From positions 2,272,813 to 2,336,812 of the forward strand of contig CBDHCN010000002.1 in assembly GCA_965261185.1 (NCBI GenBank): a stretch of 64,000 nt of DNA, read 5' to 3'. Origin of the DNA: Candidatus Aldehydirespiratoraceae bacterium. GTDB lineage: Bacteria; Actinomycetota; Acidimicrobiia; Acidimicrobiales; Aldehydirespiratoraceae. The notes under the pieces were generated by a model. That model did not search any database. It worked only from the letters and a program-made list of their open reading frames with translations, and was not told the origin of the DNA. The position numbers and the translations under genes were made by a program. Below, one piece after another: positions 37,839 to 46,752 of this stretch (position 1 is the first letter of the stretch; each line of letters starts with the position of its first letter).

Positions 37839-40073
37839 TCAGTAAAAAACACCGGCGGCTTCGAGGCGGTTGAGTTCGTCGTCATCGATGCCAAGCACTT
37901 CACGGAGCACTTCGTGGGTGTGATGCCCGAGTGGAGGAGCAGACTGGGCGGTGCGCAGCACGGTGCGTGACATGCGGGTGGGATTGGCAGGCTGTTGCTC
38001 AGGCCCGTGCACCTCGTGTACCAGATCGACCATCAGTCCGCGTTCGTCGAGGTGTGGGTCTGCCAAGTGATCCAGCGGACCCATCACCGGCATCGCCGAC
38101 ACCCCGACAGCTTGGAGCAACTCGGCGGTCTCTGCAACAGAACGCAGCGAAGTCCACTGGCTCAGCCGCTCGTCAATGGCGTCGTGGGCGACGAATCGAG
38201 CTTCAACGTTGCCCAGGGTCTCATCGGCGGTCCAACCGGCGACGAGCTCAAGTGCCCGCCAAGCATCGTCGCTCTGCACCGTGATGGCGACCCAACTGTC
38301 GTCCTCTGAACCGGGATAGACACCTTGTGGGGCCATGTGGGGGTCGCGATTGGCAAGGTTCGTGGGGTTCACGCCAGTCTCGATTGCCTCCAGATAGAGC
38401 TCGCCGAGCAGGTACGCGGCGGCTTCGGTTTGGGCCATCTCCACGAAGGAACCCTCACCGGTCTGATAGCGGTGGTCGAGCGCAGACAAGACACCCACCG
38501 TCAACATCTTCGAGGCGATGTGGTCGGGATGATTGAGCGAGGTACCGCACGGATAAGGACCGTCCGGGTGACTCCATAACATATGAACACCCGCGAAACT
38601 TGAATTCAGCGGGCCGAAAGCCTTCATTTCCCCCATGGGACCCCCACGCCCGTAACCCTGCGAGGCCACATAGACCACGCTCGGATTGACCGCCGCGATG
38701 TCTGGATAATCGAGACCGAGTCTGGCCATCACCCCACCGCGGTTGTTCTCGGCGACCACATCGGCTGTGGCGCAGAGTTCTTTGGCCAGTCGCCGCCCGT
38801 CGGCTGTGGTGAGATCCAAAGCGATACCGCGACGACCTCTGCACTCCATGTTGAAACAAAAAGACCTGTCGAGGTCGGCAAGGCCGGCCGCGCGGAGCAC
38901 ATCAGGCTTCTTGCGGGACTCGATCTTGATGACATCAGCCCCGAGTTCTGAGAGCATCCAGCAAAGTTCGGGTACCACCGCGGCGATGCCGAACTCGATG
39001 ACACGCAACCCTTCGAGCAGCAAGCCGTGGTGCTTCGGTGAGTCGCGGAGAGGGGAAGCTGGTGCGGCTGCGGTTCTGGACGAGGGGGTGTCGGTTGGTG
39101 GAGGCTGGAACCTCCAGAGGCGGCCGGCCACTCCATCGACAAAAAAGCCTCGCTCGGTGGTCTGGGGATGGTTCACAAACTCCAGCGGATGCTGGATAGA
39201 ACCCAGCGGTAGGCCCAGCCGCAGCGACTCATCGAACAGTTCAGACCGATCGAGTTCGGCGAAGGACCGCGTGGCAACGTCGCGGATGACATCGGAGTTC
39301 TGCATGCGGTGAATCCGGTCGTTCCACTCGTCTCCAGCGACCTCGGTAGGCACACCACACAATTCAACGAACGCCTGCCAATCCGACTCGCTGCCAAACA
39401 CCATGCGTACATGGCCGTCGCGGCAGGGCACGACCAGATAAAACCCCTCAGCGTTGCGCCTCCCTTCAACCGGGAGGAAAGGGTTTACCGACAGGTACCC
39501 GGGGATAGCCACGCCCCACGGATACGTCCCGCCCAGTCCTGCTTCCTGCGAGCTCGTTTCGATCTGCTGTCCCAGTCCAGTCCGCCGCCGGTCCATCAGA
39601 GCCGCCACCGCGGCCATAGCGCCGTGGACCGAAGCACAGTCGTGGGCCAGGTATCCGGGAAGGGCGGTGGGGAATTGCGACCGATGACCTGTGGCGTGAA
39701 GTGCGCCGCTGGCGGCTTGGGCGGGGAGCGATTCCAGATACCAGTGCGAGCGCGGACCGCTCAGACCAAGATCGGTGAGGCTGACGATCACAAGATGGGG
39801 GTATTGGGCTCCGAGCGCGGGGCGGTCAATGTCAGCGCGGGGTCCACCGTTCTCGATGAACACGTCAACGAGCGGCAACAACTCCGAGAGTCCCTGGCCA
39901 GCTTCGGCGCTGACCTTGCCGTGGTTGCGGTAGCGGTCGGTGGCAGAGTCGTCGTCATGGTCGTTCAAGCGAGTGACATCCGCGCCGAGATCAGCCAGGA
40001 TCCGTCCGCATAGTGCTCCCCGCCGGTCGGTTGCATCAAGCATTTTGAACTCGGCGAGGGGGTGGTTGATCAC
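37839..40073 (-). CDS. tandem-domain family III CoA-transferase (two CaiB/BaiF modules in one polypeptide)
   Basis: The N-terminal module has DATDRRGALCGRILADLGADVTRL and the second has LRVIEFGIAAVVPELCWMLSELGADVIKIES. The start is uncertain: GTG at 40073 or ATG at 40043. The track ORF runs to 40283. Confidence 0.7.
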   Translation of the reverse strand: MINHPLAEFKMLDATDRRGALCGRILADLGADVTRLNDHDDDSATDRYRNHGKVSAEAGQGLSELLPLVDVFIENGGPRADIDRPALGAQYPHLVIVSLTDLGLSGPRSHWYLESLPAQAASGALHATGHRSQFPTALPGYLAHDCASVHGAMAAVAALMDRRRTGLGQQIETSSQEAGLGGTYPWGVAIPGYLSVNPFLPVEGRRNAEGFYLVVPCRDGHVRMVFGSESDWQAFVELCGVPTEVAGDEWNDRIHRMQNSDVIRDVATRSFAELDRSELFDESLRLGLPLGSIQHPLEFVNHPQTTERGFFVDGVAGRLWRFQPPPTDTPSSRTAAAPASPLRDSPKHHGLLLEGLRVIEFGIAAVVPELCWMLSELGADVIKIESRKKPDVLRAAGLADLDRSFCFNMECRGRRGIALDLTTADGRRLAKELCATADVVAENNRGGVMARLGLDYPDIAAVNPSVVYVASQGYGRGGPMGEMKAFGPLNSSFAGVHMLWSHPDGPYPCGTSLNHPDHIASKMLTVGVLSALDHRYQTGEGSFVEMAQTEAAAYLLGELYLEAIETGVNPTNLANRDPHMAPQGVYPGSEDDSWVAITVQSDDAWRALELVAGWTADETLGNVEARFVAHDAIDERLSQWTSLRSVAETAELLQAVGVSAMPVMGPLDHLADPHLDERGLMVDLVHEVHGPEQQPANPTRMSRTVLRTAQSAPPLGHHTHEVLREVLGIDDDELNRLEAAGVFY

Positions 40074-40305
40074 CGTTGGAGTCTCGCGTAGAGCGCTTGA
40101 AGGCACAACGTCATGAGCATTCTCGCTACGCTTACCGGCGATGTCTGTGCCGCGGCATTTCCCCAGCAAGATCGATGAACCCAAGGCGTATGTTTCTGCG
40201 CCGCGTCGTTCGGGGAGTTGGTTGGCGAATCGGCCGGGTGAGGTGGTTGGCGCTGCGCAGCCTTCGGGACCAGCGGTGGGCAACCAAGGTCCCGATCAGG
40301 GCTAT

Positions 40306-40662
40306 GTGCATAAGCTCGTAAAACGTTTCGAGGGTGATCTTGTGCTCACCGCGGGCGAGCACGCAGCCGATGTGTTGGAGGGTGCATGTGCGGTTGCGCT
40401 GCGCCGTGCTTCGTTGTATGGGCGCGCGCCCGTGTCTGATGATCTTCGTGTCGCGCTGATCGTGTTCGGCTATCTCGGTGACGCTGCCGACGAGCTTGTG
40501 GAATTTCGTAGACCGCTGTTCGAAGAGTTGCATCATGTGTCGTTCCATTACTTCACCGCACGCGAGATCGCCGATCTTGTTCCAGAGGCAACATTGCGTA
40601 TGGATCCTGCTGCGGTGGCGGCTGCGTGTGCCGATGACTGGAGATCTCCGCTAGGGCTTTAG
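40306..40662 (+). CDS. hypothetical protein
   Basis: This is the C-terminal part of track ORF 40141..40662. The N-terminal part looks like Arg/Pro-rich noise antisense to the CoA-transferase 5' region, so I chose the in-frame GTG at 40306. No family recognised. Confidence 0.3.
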   Translation: MHKLVKRFEGDLVLTAGEHAADVLEGACAVALRRASLYGRAPVSDDLRVALIVFGYLGDAADELVEFRRPLFEELHHVSFHYFTAREIADLVPEATLRMDPAAVAAACADDWRSPLGL

Positions 40663-40745
40663 GAACGCAAACTCGCTGATGAACGGCGAGAAGAGCTTCT
40701 GGGGATGTCATCGCGCGTAGTCGGGCGACGATTAGCCTGAGGCTC

Positions 40746-42146
40746 ATGCAAGCTCCGCGGGTTCGTTTTGCGCCGGCACCGACCGGTTACCTTCATGTGG
40801 GGAGCGCCCGTTCGGCCCTTTTCAACTGGCTGTTTGCTCGTCGCTACGGCGGACAGTTCGTGTTGCGGGTCGAAGACACCGACGAGTCGAAGAAATCTCA
40901 GGAGTTTGTCGATGCCATCGTGGAGCCGTTGCGCTGGCTCGGACTCGATTGGGATGAGGGGCCGTACTTCCAGTCTCAACGCAAGCACGCGCATGAGGCT
41001 GCCATTGAGCAGCTCATTGATGATGGCAAGGCGTACTTCTGCGATCTGAGCGCTGCCGATTCGCAGCGTTTGTCTGCCGAGGCAGGTTTACGGGAGGGCT
41101 ATCACGGCTGGTCCCGTGATCGCAATGTGGCCGACGGTGATGGGGTAGTGGTCCGCTTTCGTGTGCCCGATATGGGTTCAACCGTTATCGAAGATTTGAT
41201 ACGTGGTCGGGTTGAGGTCGCCCATGACACAATCGACGACTTCGTGATCCGGCGAGGCGACGGCTCACCTGTGTTCTTTATCGCCAACGCGGTCGATGAT
41301 CACGACATGGGTATCACCCATGTCATAAGGGGCGAGGATCTTCTCAACACCACCCCCAAAGTCAAGCTGCTATGGGAAGCGCTCGGCTATGGTCCAACAC
41401 CGAGTTATGCCCACCTTCCGCTGCTCGTCAACGAGCAACGCAAGAAGCTGTCGAAGCGTCGTGACAGCGTTGCGCTATCCGAGTTCGCAGCTGACGGTTA
41501 TCTCGCCGAGGCGCTGCTGAACGCATTGGCTTTGCTGGGTTGGGGTCCACCCGACGAGATTGAGATTCGGCCGATTGAGGAGATCGTTTCACTGTTTTCG
41601 CTTGAAGCTGTCAACAAGGGGTCCGCCTTTTTCGATCTGGTCAAGCTCAAGCACATCAACAACGCATACATCAAAGCGCTGACGCCGGCTGAGTTTGTGG
41701 AAGCCGCAGCGCCTTGGCTTCCCGATCACTATGACCTTGGGGTTGTTGAGGCGCTCGCGCCGGAGGTTCAGCAGCGCATTTTGACGCTGTCGGAAGCGGC
41801 GGCTTGGCTCGATTGGCTTTTTGTGGATGAAATCAGCGAATACAACGAGAAGGCTTGGGCCAAGGCCATGATCAAGGGCCGAGCGGCAGAGCGGGTTCTC
41901 GCCGAACTCGCCGGCGTGCTTGAAACCGATCCGTTCAACGATCCTGCACGCTTGGAGGCCTCCGTGTTCGAGGTCGGCAACCGGCTCAGCGAGGAACTCG
42001 ATGCGCGGGTGATGTCGCAGGCCCCATTACGTATTGCTCTCACCGGCAGCGGAGCCGGCATCCCGCTGTGGGAAGCGATGACGCACCTCGGCAAGGAGAA
42101 GACACTGTCCCGTATCGCCGCGGCCCGAAGCCGCCTAGCGGGCTGA
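40746..42146 (+). CDS. gltX: glutamate--tRNA ligase
   Basis: RFAPAPTGYLHVGSARSALFNW (HIGH region) and KLSKR (KMSKS region). 466 aa. Confidence 0.92.
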   Translation: MQAPRVRFAPAPTGYLHVGSARSALFNWLFARRYGGQFVLRVEDTDESKKSQEFVDAIVEPLRWLGLDWDEGPYFQSQRKHAHEAAIEQLIDDGKAYFCDLSAADSQRLSAEAGLREGYHGWSRDRNVADGDGVVVRFRVPDMGSTVIEDLIRGRVEVAHDTIDDFVIRRGDGSPVFFIANAVDDHDMGITHVIRGEDLLNTTPKVKLLWEALGYGPTPSYAHLPLLVNEQRKKLSKRRDSVALSEFAADGYLAEALLNALALLGWGPPDEIEIRPIEEIVSLFSLEAVNKGSAFFDLVKLKHINNAYIKALTPAEFVEAAAPWLPDHYDLGVVEALAPEVQQRILTLSEAAAWLDWLFVDEISEYNEKAWAKAMIKGRAAERVLAELAGVLETDPFNDPARLEASVFEVGNRLSEELDARVMSQAPLRIALTGSGAGIPLWEAMTHLGKEKTLSRIAAARSRLAG

Positions 42147-42148
42147 CG

Positions 42149-42778
42149 ATGCGCAGCGGACGGCTTGGTTGGCTGTCCGGGCGGCGCGTCATCTGGACGC
42201 TCCTGATAATCGGGACTCTGGTCGTCGGTTACGTGGGGATCAACTTCATTCAGGTGCGAATGAATCTTGATGTCGACAATCGGGGTCCGGGCGATGCCAT
42301 CGTGGTGCTGGGTGCAGCGCAATACGACGGCAGGCCCTCCCCGGTGTTGGCGAGACGACTGGAGCATGCTTTGGAACTCTGGCACGAAGGCGCCGCGCCG
42401 CTCATTGTCACCACAGGGTCGAAACAACAAGGCGATCGGTTCACTGAGGGCTTCACCGGATTTGAGTATCTTCTGGAGGCGGGTGTCCCCGAGTCCGCTC
42501 TGCTGCTGGTGACCGATGGTGCGTCCACCTGGGAGCAGATGGCAGCCACAGCCAGGGTGCTCAATGACCGCGGCCTGTCGTCGGCGGTTGTGGTGTCTGA
42601 TCCGTATCACACGCTGCGCCTTGCCCAGATTTCCGTTGAGGCTGGTCTGACCGCATATATTTCACCAACCGACGGCGACCCTTCGATGAGGCAGTTGGCT
42701 CGTGAAACGATGGCTGTGTCGCTTGGGCGAATCCTTGGTTATCGACGCGTCGACAACTGGTTCGGTAATGCCAACTGA
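42149..42778 (+). CDS. YdcF/DUF218 family protein with an N-terminal membrane anchor
   Basis: VVLGAAQYDGRPSPVLARRLEHALELWHEGAAPLIVTTG and VVSDPYHTLR. The ATG at 42149 lies just after the gltX stop. Confidence 0.7.
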   Translation: MRSGRLGWLSGRRVIWTLLIIGTLVVGYVGINFIQVRMNLDVDNRGPGDAIVVLGAAQYDGRPSPVLARRLEHALELWHEGAAPLIVTTGSKQQGDRFTEGFTGFEYLLEAGVPESALLLVTDGASTWEQMAATARVLNDRGLSSAVVVSDPYHTLRLAQISVEAGLTAYISPTDGDPSMRQLARETMAVSLGRILGYRRVDNWFGNAN

Positions 42779-42859
42779 ACGGTGCCGGCCCCGAGGTGGT
42801 CGACGTTGAGGAAATTTCGTGCGAGACAGCGGCGGAAACCGGTACGATGCGGTCGCCCT

Positions 42860-42931
42860 TCGGGGATGGTGTAATTGGTAACACATCTGGTTCTGGTCCA
42901 GACATTGGGGGTTCAAGTCCTCCTCCCCGAG
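42860..42931 (+). tRNA. tRNA-Gln (anticodon CTG)
   Basis: Hand-folded cloverleaf. Acceptor tcgggga/tccccga, D arm gtgt/acac, anticodon stem tctgg/ccaga with loop ttCTGgt, T arm ggggg-ttcaagt-cctcc. Confidence 0.85.
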
Positions 42932-43009
42932 CTTTTGGTTTCTGTCGCGCCGAGGATCTTGGCGCGCGGTTACACTCATGCGGTCGCAGATCGCCTCAGC
43001 GATGAACCT

Positions 43010-43082
43010 GCCCCGTTCGTCTAGCGGCCTAGGACGCCACCCTCTCAAGGTGGTAGCACGGGTTCAAATCCCGTACGGGGTA
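43010..43082 (+). tRNA. tRNA-Glu (anticodon CTC), with CCA encoded at 43083-43085
   Basis: Hand-folded cloverleaf. Acceptor gccccgt/acggggt, anticodon stem ccacc/ggtgg with loop ctCTCaa, T arm acggg-ttcaaat-cccgt. Confidence 0.85.
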
Positions 43083-43931
43083 CCACGACCAGCCCAGAAA
43101 ATACCCTTTGAACTCGTTCGACATTCGCGGCATAGATTCGTGTTTGGCGACCGACGCACCCGAACCATGCGCTTCACACGTTCGGGTTCGATTACTTCGA
43201 TGAGGTGTGGATCACTGGCAGAGCGTTCCATGGGAGCCGACATTGTGTTGCGCCTGTTCAAGACAGGTGACGCTCAACAGCACAAGATCGTGCGCCGTGC
43301 TGAGGTGCTTGCGGCTGATCACTAGCGTTGCGCTGCTGTCGCACCATCCAACTAGTTGGTCCTGCGCGTATTTGTGGGTTTTGGGGTTGCTGGTTTCGGT
43401 TGGTGGGTCATGTTATCAGGAGTCCTCGGGCTGCGAAGTTGGTGGGGTTGGTGAACCCGTGGGCGGTTCGTCGTAGGACTTGAATGGATCCTCGGTGTTG
43501 CGCCAGTGACCCAGTGTCGAACCCGCGAGCTGGTAACCGATGAAGGCGATGAGTTCGTCGTCCCAGTCTGCCGCCCGTTCGGCGGGGACTCGAGTAGAAG
43601 GCGCTCGGTCTGCTTAAGCCAGCCCACGCTGTCACTGAGCCCATCCCCGAGTCCAGCGGCCGCGAGATTCGAGAGGCGCTCGACGCCTACCGCCTGCTGG
43701 TCTTCCCAGCCAACATGGTGTCGACGTCGATGCTCATTTGCTGCTAGCCGAACTCTGGGGCACGCCGTCACCCAGCCACTGGGAGGCTCACCATGGCCGC
43801 ATGAACCCAATCACCCACGTCTACACCAACGCCAGTCCCGCCCTCGTGGCCAACACACTTACGGATGTGGGACCGTTGGTGCTGCACGCTAGATCATGAA
43901 ATGATGTAGCAGTAATTCAGATGGAGACACC

Positions 43932-44147
43932 ATGCGAATATCTGAGAGAGGCCAGATCACGATTCCCAAGGTATTGCGGGAACAATTCGGCCTGAATCAC
44001 AACGTTGAGGTGGAGCTCACTCCCACCGAGGGAGGACTCCTCATTCACAAGCGGACCGCTGCGCAGCATCCCGTCGAGAGGGTGTATGCCATCCTCGACA
44101 GCAGCGGGAGCACCGACGACTACATCGAGGAGATCCGAGGACGGTGA
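43932..44147 (+). CDS. vapB: AbrB/MazE/SpoVT-fold antitoxin (VapB-like)
   Basis: 71 aa. MRISERGQITIPKVLREQFGL is a classical SpoVT/AbrB swapped-hairpin motif. GTGA overlap with the following PIN fragment. Confidence 0.8.
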   Translation: MRISERGQITIPKVLREQFGLNHNVEVELTPTEGGLLIHKRTAAQHPVERVYAILDSSGSTDDYIEEIRGR

Positions 44148-44224
44148 TCACCGCCGTCGACACCAACGTCCTGGTGGACACCAGCGTGAGCCGTCGCCTC
44201 AATGATCCATCCGTTTGTCGATAG
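44144..44224 (+). pseudogene. vapC: N-terminal fragment of a PIN-domain VapC toxin
   Basis: It translates to VITAVDTNVLVDTSVSRRLNDPSVCR*. It contains the first PIN acidic motif (DTNVLVD) and is truncated after 26 codons. Confidence 0.7.
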
Positions 44225-44280
44225 CCATAGATACGGGAAAGTCACGGCTAACTTAGCACTTTTCGGCTATATTCGACGTC

Positions 44281-45429
44281 GTGTTGTACGAACGGCTGAC
44301 TCAGCTTCCTGAGCGGAGCTTCTTTCTGCTCGGTCTGCGAGGGACGGGCAAGAGCACGTGGATTCGCTCTGCGCTGCCGTCGGCGGTGCGCTTCGACCTG
44401 CTCGACGAGTCTCTCTTCACCGATCTGCTGGCTGACCCTGCGTTGTTCGGTCGCATGGTCTCAGCGGTCGAGACGGGCGATTGGGTCGTCGTCGACGAGG
44501 TTCAGCGAATTCCGAGCCTGCTCAACGAGGTTCATCGCCAGATCGCCGATCGGGAGCTTCGCTTCGCCCTTCTGGGCTCGAGTGCACGCAAGCTCAAGTC
44601 TTCCGGCATCAACCTTCTTGCGGGTCGAGCCTTGCGCATGGCGATGCATCCGCTCACTGCCGCGGAGCTGGGCAGCGACTTCGACCTCGACGAGGCACTG
44701 CGTCACGGAACTATCCCGCTGGTGTGGGCAGCCCGCAATCGCGGCGAAGTGCTTGCGAGTTATGCCCAGCTGTATCTGCGAGAAGAAATCCGCGCCGAGG
44801 CAGCCGTTCGCAACCTGGCCGGATTCGTGAGATTCCTCCCGGTCGCTGCGCTGATGCACGCCCAGCAACTGAACACCGCAGCCATCGCACGAGATGCCGG
44901 TGTCGCACGTTCGACCGTCGAGGGCTACCTCGAGATTCTCGAGGACACCCTGCTCGCCGTACCGCTTCCCGCTCTCGAGGCCAAGCTGAGGGTCCGCGAG
45001 CGACGACGGCCGAAGCTGTACTGGGCGGACCCGGGCTTGGTGCGAGCCGTCAAACGCCAGTTCGGCCCGGTCGCCGCGGAGGAGCGCGGCGCTTTGTTTG
45101 AGGGCTGGGTGCTCGGCCAGCTGCGCGCCCACAACGAGCGCCGGAGGCTCTTTGACGAGATTGCGTACTGGGCTGCGACCGAGTCGAGCATCGAGGTCGA
45201 CTTCGTCTTGCGCCGCGAAGACCGCTACGCGGCAATCGAGGTCAAAGCAGCCGAGCGATACAACACCTCATTCGTCAAGGGGCTGCGAGCCGTGGTTGAT
45301 CTGCCGGGCTTGACCCGACGCATCGTGATCTATCGAGGACGTCGAACCTTCCGCACCGAGGACGGCATAGACGTCTGGCCGATTGAGACCTTCCACGCGG
45401 CGCTGCGCGACGAGGAACTGTGGAGCTGA
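44281..45429 (+). CDS. AAA+ ATPase with a DUF4143-type C-terminal domain (COG1373-like)
   Basis: 382 aa with Walker A (GLRGTGKST), Walker B (WVVVDEVQ), and a C-terminal IEVDFVL...AAIEVKA motif that looks PD-(D/E)xK-like. Confidence 0.75.
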   Translation: MLYERLTQLPERSFFLLGLRGTGKSTWIRSALPSAVRFDLLDESLFTDLLADPALFGRMVSAVETGDWVVVDEVQRIPSLLNEVHRQIADRELRFALLGSSARKLKSSGINLLAGRALRMAMHPLTAAELGSDFDLDEALRHGTIPLVWAARNRGEVLASYAQLYLREEIRAEAAVRNLAGFVRFLPVAALMHAQQLNTAAIARDAGVARSTVEGYLEILEDTLLAVPLPALEAKLRVRERRRPKLYWADPGLVRAVKRQFGPVAAEERGALFEGWVLGQLRAHNERRRLFDEIAYWAATESSIEVDFVLRREDRYAAIEVKAAERYNTSFVKGLRAVVDLPGLTRRIVIYRGRRTFRTEDGIDVWPIETFHAALRDEELWS

Positions 45430-45433
45430 ACCG

Positions 45434-45694
45434 CACCAACCCGGCGAGCAGTCCCGCCCCGTGAGACCTCAGTCGGTGTTGAACAGCCTGAACTTGATCG
45501 TGTCGCCGATCACCACTGACATCGCCTACGAGGCGGGTCTGCGCTGGCAGCGGTACCGCCGAGCGGGTGGACCGCGTGAACGGATCATCACCGACTTCCT
45601 GATCGGCGCTCATGCACTCAGCACGGCGGACGCCTTCCTCACACGCGACCGCGGCTTCTACGCCACCTACTTCCCCGAACTTGCCGTAGCTTGA
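45434..45694 (+). pseudogene. vapC: C-terminal fragment of the same PIN-domain VapC toxin
   Basis: LIVSPITTDIAYEAGLRWQRYRRAGGPRERIITDFLIGAHALSTADAFLTRDRGFYATYFPEL contains the distal PIN acidic motifs (DFLIGAHA, LTRD). There is no plausible start of its own. Confidence 0.65.
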
Positions 45695-45808
45695 TAGCGG
45701 ACGTCTCAAGTTCGTTTCAAACGGACTGACACAAGGCGGCACAGATAGATTCAATCCGCACGGGGCACTACCCTCACACGAAACACCGTGTTCTGTGGGG
45801 AGATTGAA

Positions 45809-46723
45809 ATGAGCAGCGAGAAATGGACAATCGAAGACATCAGTGATCAATCGGGCAGGGTTGCGGTTGTGACCGGAGCCAACGCTGGGCTTGGCCTTGA
45901 AACGGCACGTGAACTGGCCGGTCGGGGAGCGTCGGTAGTGCTTGCTGTCCGAAATCTCAACAAAGGCGAGCAGGCCGCCGAGTCCATCAGGTCTGACTAC
46001 CCGGACGCCCACCTTGAATTGCAGCAACTAGATCTGGCGTCGCTCCACTCCATCAGTAACGCTGCCTCAGAAATCAGTGACCGGTTTGAACACATCGACC
46101 TGCTGATTAACAACGCCGGGGTGATGTACACGCCGAAGCAGAAGACCGCGGACGGGTTCGAGATGCAGTTCGGTACCAATCACTTGGGCCACTTCGCTCT
46201 GACCGGACAGTTGCTCAACCGACTATTGGAGGTGGACCGATCACGGATTGTGACGGTCAGTAGCCTTGGGCACCGATTCCTTTCACGGATTGACTTCGAC
46301 GATCTCCAAGCCGAGCGACGTTACCGCCGCGTGCCAGCCTACGGGCGCTCAAAGTTGGCGAACCTGATGTTCGCCTACGAGCTTCAACGCAGACTCGTTG
46401 CCGCCGGAGCCAAGACCGTAGCGTTGGCAGCCCATCCGGGAGGGTCCAGCACCGAACTCGCCCGTCACATCCCCGGGAGTCGAATCGTTGATCGTCTGTC
46501 TGCACCGCTAGCGCAGAGCGCGGCCATGGGTGCGCTTCCAACCCTGAGAGCGGCCACGGACCCGACTGCCGGAGGCGGGCAATATTTCGGCCCCGACGGT
46601 TTCATGGAGACTCGCGGTCACCCGGTGCTGGTCAAATCCAGTGATCGTTCCCACGACACTGAGGCACAACAGCGACTCTGGGCCGCATCCGAAGAACTCA
46701 CCGCAATCCGTTACTCACTCTGA
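45809..46723 (+). CDS. SDR family oxidoreductase
   Basis: VVTGANAGLGLETA, NNAG and YGRSK motifs. I chose the ATG at 45809 (MSSEKW). The track start is 45788. Confidence 0.8.
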   Translation: MSSEKWTIEDISDQSGRVAVVTGANAGLGLETARELAGRGASVVLAVRNLNKGEQAAESIRSDYPDAHLELQQLDLASLHSISNAASEISDRFEHIDLLINNAGVMYTPKQKTADGFEMQFGTNHLGHFALTGQLLNRLLEVDRSRIVTVSSLGHRFLSRIDFDDLQAERRYRRVPAYGRSKLANLMFAYELQRRLVAAGAKTVALAAHPGGSSTELARHIPGSRIVDRLSAPLAQSAAMGALPTLRAATDPTAGGGQYFGPDGFMETRGHPVLVKSSDRSHDTEAQQRLWAASEELTAIRYSL

Positions 46724-46752
46724 CAGACCGCCCTACAGACAAACCGCCTCGC

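Noticed and set aside
40141-40305. N-terminal 55 codons of track ORF 40141..40662
   Set aside because: The composition is Arg/Pro/Gly-rich and it lies in or against the CoA-transferase 5' region. Only the downstream part is kept, as a low-confidence hypothetical CDS.
41768-42610. 280-aa minus-strand ORF
   Set aside because: It spans the gltX 3' end and the ydcF-like gene in antisense. It is a shadow ORF.
42978-43325. 115-aa plus-strand ORF
   Set aside because: Its first third is the tRNA-Glu gene. The remainder has no coding features.
43352-43810. 152-aa minus-strand ORF (and 43408..43644, 43506..43892) in the region after tRNA-Glu
   Set aside because: These are mutually overlapping ORFs in three frames with low-complexity Pro/Arg/Thr composition. 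Short peptide-like stretches (e.g. ERLSNLAAAGLGDGLSDSVGWLKQTERL, ADWDDELIAFIGYQLAGSTLGHW) switch frame. I treat the region as decayed or non-coding rather than calling a gene.
44461-45132. Alternative-frame and antisense ORFs inside the DUF4143 ATPase gene (44461..45132 minus, 44481..45101 plus)
   Set aside because: The ATPase frame carries Walker A/B motifs. These are Arg-rich shadow frames.
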